Source: Eledone cirrhosa (taxonomy: Eukaryota). From it: DNA of 64,000 bases. The notes under the pieces are model-generated. The model searched no databases. It had not been told where the DNA came from and worked only from the letters and a program-made list of their open reading frames with translations. Shown one piece after another: positions 1-14,453 of this stretch. Both the position numbers and the translations under genes were made by a program. The stretch is taken from contig OZ024755.1 in assembly GCA_964016885.1 (NCBI GenBank), positions 7,874,001 through 7,938,000 on the forward strand, in the 5' to 3' direction. How positions within the stretch are numbered: the stretch's first letter is position 1; the number at the start of each line of letters is the position of its first letter.

Positions 1-199
1 TATGTTTGTGTGTGCTAGTCTATGTGTGTAGGTGAGTTAGTCTCCTTTTCTGTGTGTATATGTGTTTGTGTGTGCTAGTCTATGTGTGTAGGTGAGTTAG
101 TCTCCTTTTCTGTGTGTATATGTGTTTGTGTGTATTTGTGTTTTCTAATGACAATCGTCGTGACGACAAATTCAACAACTGACAATCTACATCATAAAC

Positions 200-420
200 A
201 TTATGACGATGATGATGATAGTTATGATAGTTATGATGATGATGATGGTAGTTATGATGACAAACGATGATGATGATGATGGTGGTAGTTATGATGATGA
301 CGATGATGGTAGTTAATGATGACGACGATGGTGATGAGTATGATAGTTATGATGATGATGGTGATGGTAGTTATGATGACGATGATGATGATTATGATGG
401 TGATGATGATGACAGTTGTG
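200..420. repeat. Degenerate (GAT)n / gttatgat tandem repeat
   Basis: Directly visible; preceded by a 60-bp tandem duplication at 1-130. Confidence 0.9.
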
Positions 421-642
421 AAAACGATGACATAATAATAATTGCGGTGAAATATGATGAGAGACTGACACAAAGGTGTGCTGACGTTTTTAAGAAGCAA
501 CAAAATATCGAGAAACTAAGGTGCTTTGATCAATCAATTAAATGATCTGATTAGGCAGTGTGGGAATGACGTTCTAGACAGGTGTAAACAGGTGTGTTGG
601 CACGGCTGTTTATTGATAAACAGATGTATACACTGTCACATA

Positions 643-685
<43 letters not shown>

Positions 686-941
686 ATGTGTGTGTACGAA
701 TGTGTGTGTGTGTGTTTGCCTGTCTGAGACTGTCACATGTATACATACAGTTGCATATACATGTGTACATGGTATAAGAGAAATGTTGCTCAGATACACA
801 TATTCACACATAAACACACACACATATATATATATGTATATATATACAGATATATATATATATATATATGTATAAATATATATAATATATATATATATAT
901 ATGTATAAATATATATAATATATATATATATATATGTATAA

Positions 942-978
<37 letters not shown>

Positions 979-979
979 A

Positions 980-1016
<37 letters not shown>

Positions 1017-1021
1017 GTATA

Positions 1022-1170
<149 letters not shown>

Positions 1171-1335
1171 TTAGGAAAATTAATAGAAAAGAGAAAATTA
1201 ATGACCGAAAAGCATCTTTTAAGGGAAGACACTGTGTGTATATATATATATATATATGTATATAAGTATGTGTATGTATGCGTATATTATGTATGTATGT
1301 ATGTGTGTGTGTGTGCAAGTGTATACATATATATG

Positions 1336-1368
<33 letters not shown>

Positions 1369-1492
1369 CATTTTAAATTTATAAATATATATATATATCC
1401 GTATGAGTTCGTAACCAGTAGGCGACTTTATTGAGTTTTTCCCTCTCAAATTTGCCCCGCGCATCGTAATATCATCTACATAGATACATAGA

Positions 1493-1543
<51 letters not shown>

Positions 1544-1550
1544 GTATATA

Positions 1551-1714
<164 letters not shown>

Positions 1715-1763
1715 GTTATAATAATAAATTTGACGACTAAAATCCAAAGAGGGCTCGATAAGG

Positions 1764-1819
<56 letters not shown>

Positions 1820-2629
1820 GCAGACATAGAAATATATGGCAGAGTAGGTGCGTGGCTTAATAATGAGGGTGTTTGGATCACGATCGTAAGGTCGTGAAAT
1901 TGTGATATTATGGTGCCTTATGCCCTTGTGCAAGGCACTTTATTTTATATTGACCTATTCCACTAAATTCTAATTCTAATTCAAAAAATGTTAGATTGAA
2001 TCTCCCTGAGAATTACGTTGGATGTAGAGGTGTCATTAGAATGCCCAGTTACTTTCTAATTAAGTTTATGAGTTAACGAGCAGACTTTTGCGTTGATCAT
2101 TCAACTAAGACACACGTCTGGGAACAGATTGAGGTCCCGCAATCACACCGTCGTAATGAGCTCAAACAAAACCGCTCTCAATTTCAATTGTGTAGCTGTA
2201 TTGTTTCATGGTTTAGTGAAGCGTTAAGAGCAGCTACTCATGTCCTTTTACAGTCCACCCACGGCGTGTTAGAATGATAAGTGTTAGTGTTTAAATTTAG
2301 GGCATTATTATAGTAGGTGTAGTAATGTGTGACTAAAAGTGACAATGTGTAAGTAAGTGTGACTAAATGTGACAATGAGTAACTAAGTGTAAATATGTGT
2401 GACTAAGTAACATATTATGACTATAATTGTGTGTGGTCAAACCAGTAACAGTTGTCTAATGCAGTGCTAAGCCAGTGTAACTCAAGGAAGTATATAAGAG
2501 TTACAAACATAATATATATATATATATATATTTCTTTATATATAGTCGATCCACTTTTGCCAAATCGGACCGAGGAAACAAGGTTTCCATTGGTCTTTCC
2601 AATTGCTGATACTATCTATCGGTCGCAAC

Positions 2630-2765
2630 TCCAGGTAGAAGAAGCAACGTGAAATAAAGAGTCTTGCTCAAGGGCATAAAGGATCACCCGGTCTGGGTGA
2701 TGCTTTATCGAACTCACAACCTCACGATTGTATATCCAATTCTCAAACTACTCAGCCACGCACAT
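2630..2765 (-). mobile_element. Second SINE family
   Basis: aaataaagagtcttgctcaagggc..atcgaactcacaacctcacgat..ctcagccacg; related plus-strand copy at ~1840-1955. Confidence 0.55.
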
Positions 2766-2902
2766 TCATATAAAATATATAGTTTGCCTAAAAATTTGTA
2801 AACGATAATATTATGTATTGAATGATACAAGCCTCATACAAATATCTTGATTTGTTTAAAAGGTTCGATATCACATGATTTTTGCCCGTTTACTTTTCTC
2901 TT

Positions 2903-3045
2903 TTGAGAATTGGTAGTGTCGTTAGAACATACTTGCCCTGACTCCCTCGAGTGCGTTCGGAGTTCAAATCCTACCGAGTGTCACTTTGCCTTTCATCCTT
3001 TTGAGGTCGATATATAAAGTAACAATCAAGGGGCGATGATCTATG
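2903..3045 (+). mobile_element. tRNA-derived SINE (Nin-like central domain), decayed
   Basis: B-box gagttcaaatcc followed by ctttgcctttcatccttttgaggtcgata. Confidence 0.65.
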
Positions 3046-3466
3046 GGATCTCTTAAAGAATCAGACGAGTTGCTTTGTAGCATATGAGCCAGACCCAAAT
3101 AATCTGAGTTCAAATGCCGCCCAATTCTGACAAGAATTACGACCAACTTATAGCATCAACCAATGGCTTACTTATCATGACCTAACGACCGGCTCCTATC
3201 CTTTTCAAAAGTAACACAGTCTCCCTTATTAGGTTTCATAACATACAGACTTTCAAATAATAAAATTAGACTATTGAACATGTGGTTAATTAAGTAACAA
3301 GAGATAATTTAGTTTGATAATTGAGAAATAAAATCTAGGAGAGGAGATCGTAATGAAAAACTAAAGAAATGGAGATTTGTATACGATACAAATCGGTATA
3401 TATATAAATGTAATGAAGGAGTAACCAATCGTCCTTATTATTTTATTTCACTATATATATATACAT

Positions 3467-3515
<49 letters not shown>

Positions 3516-3621
3516 TACGGATTAAAGTTTAATCAATACTAATAATAAATATTTGCTTTACGTGCCTATATACAATCCTTATTGAACCCTCTTCGGATTT
3601 TTGGTCTTTGTATTTATTATT

Positions 3622-3680
<59 letters not shown>

Positions 3681-3990
3681 ATATATATTGCACATACATA
3701 TACACAGAAATACGTATATATACATATGCAGATACACATTTATGTATATATATATATATATGCATATATATATATATACATAAATGTGTATCTGGATATG
3801 TATATATACGTGTTTATGTGTATATGTATGTGCAATATATATAAAATTGACAGAAAGTGATTATAGATTTTATTTAAGATATATCGATTTAGATTTCAAT
3901 ATTCTAACATATATTCGAACAGACATACATCCGAACAGTAATGTTATATATATATATATGTAATGTACCATATGTAATGTATGTATATAC

Positions 3991-4050
<60 letters not shown>

Positions 4051-4123
4051 ACAAACATATAGTTATATTCGGAAGTGTGAGCGTGAGTATAAGTTCTATA
4101 CTTATATGTATACTCACGCATAC

Positions 4124-4229
<106 letters not shown>

Positions 4230-4265
4230 ATATACATATACATACATACATATATATATAAATAC

Positions 4266-4298
<33 letters not shown>

Positions 4299-4338
4299 AA
4301 TATATATATATGTGTGTGTGTGTGTTTGTGTGTGTAAG

Positions 4339-4414
<76 letters not shown>

Positions 4415-4419
4415 TATAT

Positions 4420-4458
<39 letters not shown>

Positions 4459-4459
4459 A

Positions 4460-4731
4460 ATTCTATTTAAATTGTTGGGATGCAACAAGCAAATATTTTT
4501 ATAACTGATATAAAGCACTCAACAGATATTTGGAGTAAAAATACGATATTCCCGGGAGTTTCCAACAGTAATGGTTGCATTTTTTAAGGGTATGTCAATA
4601 TTTATTTATAAAACTGATCTATATTATATTTTATCTGATGAAAGCACACCATAATTTAACTTGGTGTCCTTGAAATATGTATAATGAAATAAATATGGTT
4701 TTATAAATATAGTTTCCATTTGTTAATATCG
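4460..4731 (+). mobile_element. Family A Penelope-like mini-element with hammerhead ribozyme
   Basis: Between (TA)n tracts; inverted tail segment followed by a body with an HHR; homologues at 8625, 12056, 44524 and 48672. Confidence 0.75.
4627..4691 (+). ncRNA. Type I hammerhead ribozyme (family A)
   Basis: tattttat-CTGATGA-aagcacacc[loop]ggtgtcctt-GAAA-t-atgt-ATA-atgaaata: stem I 8 bp, stem II with one C.C mismatch, minimal stem III, AUA triplet. Confidence 0.75.
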
Positions 4732-4743
4732 TATATATATATG

Positions 4744-4832
<89 letters not shown>

Positions 4833-5213
4833 TTCTATAAGTGTCGTTGTACGCCAAATTACTCATAGTAAATAGAACAATGAAAGAAATCTTCGCCACA
4901 AATCAGAAAAATAATATATATGATACCAGACTTGGCAGACATAGATTATATAAAATAAATATAATATATAAGTACATAAATAAGCCGAGGTTCACCCACT
5001 CCCATGTCTGAGATTTAACAGAAATGTCTGACTTGGCATCTGTGTATGCCCTGTTGAATGTTGATTTCTATACGGTAGGGTAGGCCAGGCCCTGGTTGTT
5101 TTTATTTACTTACAGGGTCACACCCACTACTCTCTCTGTCTCTCTCTCTCTCTCTCTCACTCTCTCTCTCTCTCTCTCTCTCTCTTTATATATATATATA
5201 TGTATTTATGTAA

Positions 5214-5252
<39 letters not shown>

Positions 5253-5486
5253 TATATATATGTGTATATACATATATATATATACATATATATACATATA
5301 TATATATATATATTTATACATATATACATATATATACATATATACATATATATATATTTACATATATACATATATACACATATATATATATACATATATA
5401 CATATATATATACACATAATTACATACATATATATATATATATATACATATATACATACATATATATACATATATATATCCATATA

Positions 5487-5526
<40 letters not shown>

Positions 5527-5534
5527 CATATATG

Positions 5535-5596
<62 letters not shown>

Positions 5597-5618
5597 TATG
5601 TATATACATATATATATG

Positions 5619-5679
<61 letters not shown>

Positions 5680-5680
5680 C

Positions 5681-5719
<39 letters not shown>

Positions 5720-5743
5720 CATATATATATATATATATATATG

Positions 5744-5808
<65 letters not shown>

Positions 5809-6253
5809 TCTATCTCTCTACGTCCCTTTTTCATCTTTCCTGCTCTCACTTTCAGTTTCATGTGAATGCTCTCATCATCGTCTCCTCTCCCTTCCCTACT
5901 CTCTAACTCACTCTCTCTCTAACTCTCTCCCTCACCCTCTCTGTCTCTCTACTATGTCTGTCTCGGTTGGGTTGTTTATAAAAGTCTACGTTATCGACTG
6001 GGCAATTCTCCTTGTTGGCATGTTTAGTCAACCGATAGATACCACATAACGACCGTACTGGTGTGGGGGAGGGGCAGGTAAAAGAGCCCTTCTTCTTCTT
6101 CTTCTTCTTCTTCTTCTTCTTCTTCTTCTTCTTTGCCCTCTTCTTCTTCTTCTTCTTTATATATTTATATATTCATGTTTTTTTTTACTATAATTTTTTT
6201 TTCGTATGGGTTTATAGTCGAAGATTTATGAGACACTTAGTGCTAAAGTACAC

Positions 6254-6318
<65 letters not shown>

Positions 6319-6518
6319 ATATATACATGTGTGTGTGTGTGTGTACATATGGTTTATGTGTCTGTATGTATGTGCGTATACGTATTTGTATCTGAGTGTG
6401 TGCATACATATTTACATATAAATAGGTAGATAGATATTTATAGATATCAGCACTATAATGTGCGTATATATAAAAATATATACTATACACATATGCATAC
6501 ATACACATATATATTTAT

Positions 6519-6553
<35 letters not shown>

Positions 6554-6581
6554 TATATATATGTGTATATATATATGTGTG

Positions 6582-6612
<31 letters not shown>

Positions 6613-6705
6613 GTATATATATATGTGTGTGTGTGTGTGTAAATATATATGTATATATATATATATATACATATATATTTATATATTGGTACATACACAC
6701 ACACT

Positions 6706-6843
<138 letters not shown>

Positions 6844-6875
6844 TACATATATATACGTACATATACACACACACA

Positions 6876-6914
<39 letters not shown>

Positions 6915-7044
6915 TTATCTATCAGATTGGTACTTGGATTTGTGCTCTGTTACTGTTCTTCTCGTCAGAAAATAGATTCATTGGTAGATATAAATAGATA
7001 ACTATAATTAGATAACTATGGATTGACAGCCATATAAATAGATA

Positions 7045-7631
7045 TGTTTCTTTATTAGCCACACGGGCACAAAAGAAGGGGACAAATACAAAGGGGGAAG
7101 TTTAGATACAATAAAAACGTGTAAAATGTTATCACAAATGCAATTTAAAAAATTAGTCGATTTTCCCCAATAGGGGGAGACAGTTCATATGGGTAACACA
7201 TACCCCCGAAAAAATGTGCAACCCTCCTCTCCAGGAGTACGAAGAGTTTGTACTCCTTTCCTCTCCTCCTCCTTTTCCTCAACCTACAGGCTGATATAGA
7301 GAGAAGGCCCATTCACTCGGGCCATTCTCGCCACTTTCACCCACCTTTCATAAAACTTGCTGGGGTACAGCACCTCTCTCTCCATCCTGATTCTTCTTCC
7401 AAAGTGGTATTTGAAAAAAAGAATCAGTTGTTGGCCGGAGAGAAAGGTGTCTGACCTCAGCCCTTTCAACCTTGTCCACCATACAACCTTTTTCGCCATA
7501 GCTATCACACAAAGGAAAACCGACTCTCCTTCGTTTATGAAGAAGGGTGGCGGTTTGATCATGACAATGGACTCGGTGGTCAACCGGATTGGTCCCACCC
7601 GCGACAATAGTCGTTCTACATAGCCCCACAG
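7045..7631 (-). mobile_element. 5'-truncated copy of a related Tx1 subfamily (ORF2 C-terminus + 3'UTR)
   Basis: LWGYVERLLSRVGPIRLTTESIVMIKPPP...ARVNGPSLYISL is closely similar to the ORF2 end at 15517. Flanked by a 20-bp target-site duplication (7025-7044 vs 7632-7651, 18/20 identical). Confidence 0.92.
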
Positions 7632-7820
7632 GACAGATATATAAATAGATAGATAGATAGATAGATAGATATGATTAAACGTAATTTGGTACATTTATAT
7701 TTGATAACGATAAAAATACACGGAAGAAAGTTATTGTAATTGATTTGAATGAATCTAATATAGAATATGGCGACTGTACCAGAATATATATATATACTCA
7801 ATATATATATATATAAATAT

Positions 7821-7908
7821 ATAACGAAGGAAATGTGGTAAGGAACCAGATGGACCATAACGCACCAACGTACTCAATACTTAGAGTAGTAGAGTGGGTA
7901 ATAGGAAC
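7821..7908 (-). mobile_element. Family B fold-back element, tail fragment
   Basis: ataacgaaggaaatgtggtaaggaaccagatggaccataacgcacc...gtagtagagtgggtaatagg is shared with six other loci. Confidence 0.7.
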
Positions 7909-8624
7909 GAGTTTGTAGAAATAGAGACTTTCACTATATTTTTGATTAAAGAAATTTTAGCCTGATAGTGGGGTTTAAAACCCTCTAAAAATAGGATGAG
8001 TATTGACGTACATGAGAGTCGAACCCACATCTTTGGTTATTCAGACCACTGTGCTACCATTGCACCAACACATCACCCACCCCTTTCCATTTACATTAGG
8101 AGCTACATTTATAGCTATAAATGACGAGTTAGAAGAAGACAAACGAAAGACACAACACTTCAAGGTCTTCAGCCGCGAGATGAAATTCTGGCAGTTTCGA
8201 CCCCTACCGACGGGTACAGCTTGTCCACTCGGGGTCACAGTGTCCGACACAAGCCAAGGCGCTCTCCGTGGAGTAAAAGACAAGGCAAAACAACAACTTA
8301 TACCAATTAACCCATAACATGAACACATAGAATCACCTATATTATATATACACGTGTGTGTGCGTGTGTGCTTGTATTTCAGCGTATCTGTGCGTTCGTT
8401 GTAAGTCAATGGCGTATTTCTCATTAAAATACAAATAATTATTAAATTAATCAACTGTAGATTTTAGCTTTGTTCTTTTTAATTATCAAAATATATATTT
8501 TACGGCCATTTGACTTTGTAACAAATCGTATTTTTTTCTTGTTTTCATGATTTCAATGGCGCACGCGCATATATATATATATATATACACACACAATGAG
8601 TTATATGGTTTGTTGATTATTCAA

Positions 8625-8935
8625 CAAAGTTAATTTTACAACAGATTAGAAGCACTCAACAGTTTTACCTGGAGTATCATTAATGTTAATAATATTAATA
8701 AATGGAAACTATCTTCATAAAATCATATTTATTTTATTATACGTATTTCAAGGGTACTAATATTTAAGTACGCTTTCATCAGATAAAATATAATAATTGG
8801 GGTTAAGATAGTGACATACCTTTATGTGAACTTAATGGTATAAGTCCAGTGAAGATAGTGACTATCTTGAAATAAGTAGAATGAAATAAATATGGTTTTA
8901 TAAAGATATTTTCCATTTATCAATATTATTAATAT
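8625..8935. mobile_element. Divergent family A element with internal inversion
   Basis: Inverted arm with intact HHR (-) followed by a sense arm with a decayed core (ccagtga...gaaataagta); shares aagcactcaacag and tggttttataaa..tttccattt blocks with the other copies. Confidence 0.65.
8730..8790 (-). ncRNA. Type I hammerhead ribozyme (family A, divergent)
   Basis: Minus strand: tattttat-CTGATGA-aagcgtact[taaatatt]agtaccctt-GAAA-t-acgt-ATA-ataaaata; perfect stem I; palindromic loop III (ACGT). Confidence 0.78.
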
Positions 8936-8941
8936 TATATA

Positions 8942-9050
<109 letters not shown>

Positions 9051-9506
9051 TGTAGTTTTCCATCTACCAAATTTGACACTCTCAAGCATTGGTAAACCAT
9101 TTACCGACGGTTTCACATTATGACTGAACATCAAACTGTATGGTTATGAAATGTATGAAAGTATCTTTTTAACCACATCACCATTCCTGTATCTATGTTC
9201 GTGCAAAAGTTTGTATTTTATAAACGAAAAATAAGAATATTTAAGTTTATTTTTACTAAAATTTTGAATAGTTTCAAAATATAACGTCACCATAAAAAAA
9301 AAAAAAAAGATCTGAACCAATCATCTGGATTGACAATTTATTGATTTATTATACTTTCATTTTATTCTATTTATTTAAATAAATTTTCATTCAAGCATTT
9401 ATATTAGCTTAGTGTTGTCACCTTTGTTCACTGACCAAGAAAAGTAAATTGACCTGAGGTGAGAATGAATCTATCTATCTATCTATCTATCTATCTTCTT
9501 CTTCTT

Positions 9507-9538
<32 letters not shown>

Positions 9539-9604
9539 ATAGATACATACATAGATATGTACATATACACATACATACATATGTTTGTGTGTGGTATATA
9601 TATG

Positions 9605-9752
9605 TAACAAAGAGGGTGTGGTAAGATACCAGGTGGACCATAACGCTCCAGAGTACTCAATACTTAGGGTAGTAGAGTGGGTAATACGAAAAGAGTCAGG
9701 ACCCCGATGGCTGAGCTCCGGCCATTTCGACAGCTAAATCCGAAACAGCCGG
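9605..9752 (-). mobile_element. Family B element
   Basis: Same tail plus gaccccgatggctgagctccggccatttcgacagcta. Confidence 0.7.
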
Positions 9753-10078
9753 ATAAGAATGGCACTTTATTTATCGACCTTGAAAGGATTAAAAACAAAA
9801 TTAATTTCAGGATTTGAACTGAGAGTGCAGTGCCTCGGAACAAACTTGAATCCGACGGTCAATGACTCTGAAAATCGCTTTCATAGCAATATAACAATTT
9901 GATAAACACTGAAACTATTTATATTATTTCACTTAACGCCTTACGTACCAAGATTTAATCACTGCCTTTCATTGAAGCAGGATTGAACAGTACGATTATC
10001 ACTATAGTTGTTCACGCGCATACTATGTATATTATATCTATCTATATATATATATATAACACATACCTACATACATTT

Positions 10079-10161
<83 letters not shown>

Positions 10162-10478
10162 AATATATATATATATATATATAAATATATATAAATATAT
10201 ATCAATATACATATATATATAAATATATATATATAAATATATATAAATATATATATATATATATATTTATATAAATATATATAAATATATATATATATAT
10301 ATTTATATAAATATATATATATATATATATAAATATATATAAATATATATAAATATATATCAATATACATATATATATAAATATATATATATAAATATAT
10401 ATAAATATATATATATAAATATATATAAATATATATATATATAAATATATAAATATATATATATATAAATATATAAAT

Positions 10479-10509
<31 letters not shown>

Positions 10510-10512
10510 AAT

Positions 10513-10543
<31 letters not shown>

Positions 10544-10602
10544 AATATATATATATATAAATATATATATATATAAATATATATAAATATATATATATAT
10601 AA

Positions 10603-10659
<57 letters not shown>

Positions 10660-10983
10660 ACATCATCCATGATAAGATCTTCATCCAGGCATGGCCGTAC
10701 ATTAGGTACATATTTCTCTCTATCTCCCTCTCCCTCTCACCCCTCTCTCTCTCTCCCCCTCTCTCTCCCTCTTTCCGTTTGTTTGTCCCTCTCCAGCCTG
10801 TGCACGATCCTGTGACATTTATGGATCTCCACTTACTTTGCTTTGAATACGGCGCGCACAGCACACACGTACATACACGTACATACAAACACATGCATTC
10901 TCGCGGTATATATGTTAGCATGAACATGTCTGTATGCATATGTATATATATATATATCTATATATCTATAGATATATATATAC

Positions 10984-11109
<126 letters not shown>

Positions 11110-11207
11110 TATAATATATATATATAATATATATATATAATATATATTATATATGCACTGGGTAATTGCTGGCCTTGTGCCTAAAGTAGAAACAATTATA
11201 TATATAA

Positions 11208-11240
<33 letters not shown>

Positions 11241-11552
11241 GGGGCAGAGGTAACACGATTGATACATAGACACATAGATAGATAGATTTATCCATATGTG
11301 AGATGGTATGTTAACGCGTCAATTGATACCGGTTGGTTTAAATTTATGTGCATCTTACTGTGGGGTAGTGTTGTGCTTTACCTGTGTTAACACTGCAACT
11401 ATGCAACTGTGCATCTATCTGCAGTGAAATCACAGCCTGTTTGTGTTTTTAATTTCACAGATCGTATATCATGCTCTAATATGTATATACATAGTGTTGA
11501 GTACTCTATATATATTTACACAGCTGTCTTCAATAACACATACATACATACT

Positions 11553-11621
<69 letters not shown>

Positions 11622-11660
11622 ACACATATATATATATATGTATATATATGTATATATATA

Positions 11661-11732
11661 CAGGGTCTCACCCAAAAATGTATACACACTTTGATTACCT
11701 GTACAGGCAATATTTATTAGAATGCTGTTGAA

Positions 11733-11764
<32 letters not shown>

Positions 11765-11778
11765 TTTAGGACACCCTG
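11661..11778. mobile_element. Tc1/mariner-type MITE
   Basis: TA-cagggtctc...ggacaccctg termini; internal sequence related to the 23016 copy. Confidence 0.6.
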
Positions 11779-11989
11779 TTTATATATATATATATATATC
11801 TTTATTACATATAGAAATTACTTCTACAGGACTTGAACTGTTTCATTTCTATTAGGATTTCATACGAATGAAACAGTTCTAGTACTGTAGAAGTAACTTC
11901 TATAAAATATAAATATGCATATACTCTACTAATGTAGTGAGTACCATTTTTAACTGGGATCACCTCCTGACACCCTTAATTATTTACAC

Positions 11990-12048
<59 letters not shown>

Positions 12049-12091
12049 CACATATATTAACAAATGGAAACTATATTTATAAAACCATATT

Positions 12092-12156
12092 TATTTCATT
12101 ATACATATTTCAAGGACACCAAGTTAAATTGTGATGTGCTTTCATCAGATAAAATA
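12092..12156 (-). ncRNA. Type I hammerhead ribozyme (family A)
   Basis: Reverse complement reads CTGATGA-aagcacatc...ggtgtcctt-GAAA-tatgt-ATA-atgaaata. Confidence 0.7.
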
Positions 12157-12217
12157 TAATATAGAGCAGTTTTATAAATAAATATTGACATACCCTTAAG
12201 GAATGCGACCATTATTA

Positions 12218-12282
12218 TATTTTATCTGATGAAAGCACACCATAATTTAACTTGGTGTCCCTGAAATATATATAATGAAATA
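12218..12282 (+). ncRNA. Type I hammerhead ribozyme (family A)
   Basis: CTGATGA at 12226-12232, GAAA at 12263-12266, palindromic loop ATAT, AUA triplet, 8-bp stem I. Confidence 0.72.
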
Positions 12283-12404
12283 AATATGGTTTTATAAATA
12301 TAGTTTCCATTTGTTAATATCGTATTTTTACTCCAATAATTTGTTGAGTGCTTTATATCAGTTATAAAATTATTTGGTTGTTGTATCCCAACAATTTAAA
12401 TAGA

Positions 12405-12446
<42 letters not shown>

Positions 12447-12597
12447 AAATATACCAAGGACGATTGGTTACTCCTTCATTACATTAATTGGTTGGTGATG
12501 CGCCGTTTCTCCACTGATCAGTTCAAGGTTCGATCTGTATCGATCTTACCCAACTCTGTAATCTGGGGCTCGACGGACCTCTAAGAACACTCCCTGG

Positions 12598-12669
<72 letters not shown>

Positions 12670-13016
12670 ACAGTGATCACCTGTACACACACCGTTCTTG
12701 CTATTACTGTATATTTACTATTTACTAAATAGTTGTTGCTGCTGTCGTTGCTGCTGCTGTTGCTGCTGCTGTTGATGCTGCTGTTGATGGTGTTGCTCTT
12801 TCTGTTAAGGTTCATTATTAAACTCAGTGGAATTTCCGGTGCAGTTTAATATGCATTATGTGTGGTTGACTGCACTCATGCCGGTGGTTGCATACACTGA
12901 TACTCAGGACAGCTGACTGAAAATCTTTGAAGTAGTTGCACCAACCCTGTATGCACATATGTACACACACTGCACTGCATATGGTACACAATACACACAC
13001 ACACCACACACGCGCG

Positions 13017-13176
<160 letters not shown>

Positions 13177-13227
13177 TACAAGCAGGTGTGCACATTCGTA
13201 TCACAAAGAAATATACTTAAGTGTGTG

Positions 13228-13301
<74 letters not shown>

Positions 13302-13337
13302 TATATACGAGTGTGTGTGTGTGTGTGCACGTATATA

Positions 13338-13369
<32 letters not shown>

Positions 13370-14284
13370 CATACACACACGCATGCATACATCTTAAATC
13401 TGTTTGGCCATCCGTTTTGATAAACTATCAACTGCCTTAGCTCAATGAAGCTGACTTATAGATGTGTGTGGATTGTGTGTGTGTGTGTATGAATGTGTTT
13501 GGAGATGTCTTTGTGTTTGCATATATGTGTGTGTGTGTGCACGCATGTCATTCTGTGTGCGTGTATTTGCACGTGTTTCTATATACGCGTGTAAGAGTCT
13601 ATGTGTCTATGTGTACGAAAGAGTGATTGAGTTAGAAGTAGTAAGAGAGAGAATGATAGAGTTAGAAGGAAGAGGGGGAAGAAAGAGAAGGCAATGAGGC
13701 AATAAGTGATGAAAGGAGAGAGGATTAGGTGAGTGATGGGCGGGGGGGGGGGATTAGAGGAAGGTAGAGAGAGTCACACTGATAGAGAGAGAGGGAAGTA
13801 GAATGAAGGAGGAGGGGGATAGACAACCAGTGACAGTGAGAGGAACGGATAGATAGATCGACAGACAGGCAGACCGACAGACAGACTTACAGACAGACAG
13901 AAAGCCATAGATTACAACAAATTGCTGTAATTGCTTCTAGTATTCCTAACACCTTTCTTCTTCTCCTCCTCCTCCACCCCTTCTTCTTCTCCTCCTTCTC
14001 CTCCCCTGCAGTGATGGACCCCAAGCCTAGCGACGGCCGTAGGAATTTATTTTTAGTTTTAGGACGGTTAGATATTTGTTAATTTAGTACCTGTATGTAT
14101 AACTTTTCAATTCCAATTACTTGCTGAGTATTCTAATATGTTGTGTATCACTGGTCCCCCAAAACCTTAAATACCTCGAAGCCCCCCAATGTCTAAATCC
14201 GGTCCTGGCTTCGTGTTCTTTAATACCAAATGGATTAAGTGATAAACTTAATCTGAAGATAATCAGGAATTTGAGGAAAAATCT

Positions 14285-14383
14285 ACTCCAGTACATGGCT
14301 GGTACTTTTTTTATTGACCTCGAAAGGATGAAAGGCAAAATTGACCTCTGCGGGATTTGAACTCAGAGAGCAGAGGGCCGGAC
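14285..14383 (-). mobile_element. tRNA-derived SINE
   Basis: ctggtact..gacctcgaaaggatgaaaggcaaa..gggatttgaactcag. Confidence 0.7.
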
Positions 14384-14388
14384 ACACT

Positions 14389-14453
<65 letters not shown>

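Larger units (their letters stand above)
12056..12410. mobile_element. Family A element with two divergently oriented hammerheads
   Basis: HHR on - (12092-12156) and on + (12218-12282) form a long inverted repeat; tail continues to tagaactaca(ta)n. Confidence 0.78.

Noticed and set aside
82-545. Asp-rich and Met/Val-rich ORFs
   Set aside because: Derived from the degenerate (GAT)n repeat.
8010-8072. tRNA-like sequence on the minus strand (tggtgcaatggtagcac...gggttcgactc)
   Set aside because: A and B boxes present but no convincing acceptor stem; more likely a SINE head than a tRNA gene.
8180-8245. Hammerhead-like ctgtga-cccc...ggggtc-gaaactg on the minus strand
   Set aside because: Core deletion, no NUH triplet and no stem I pairing.
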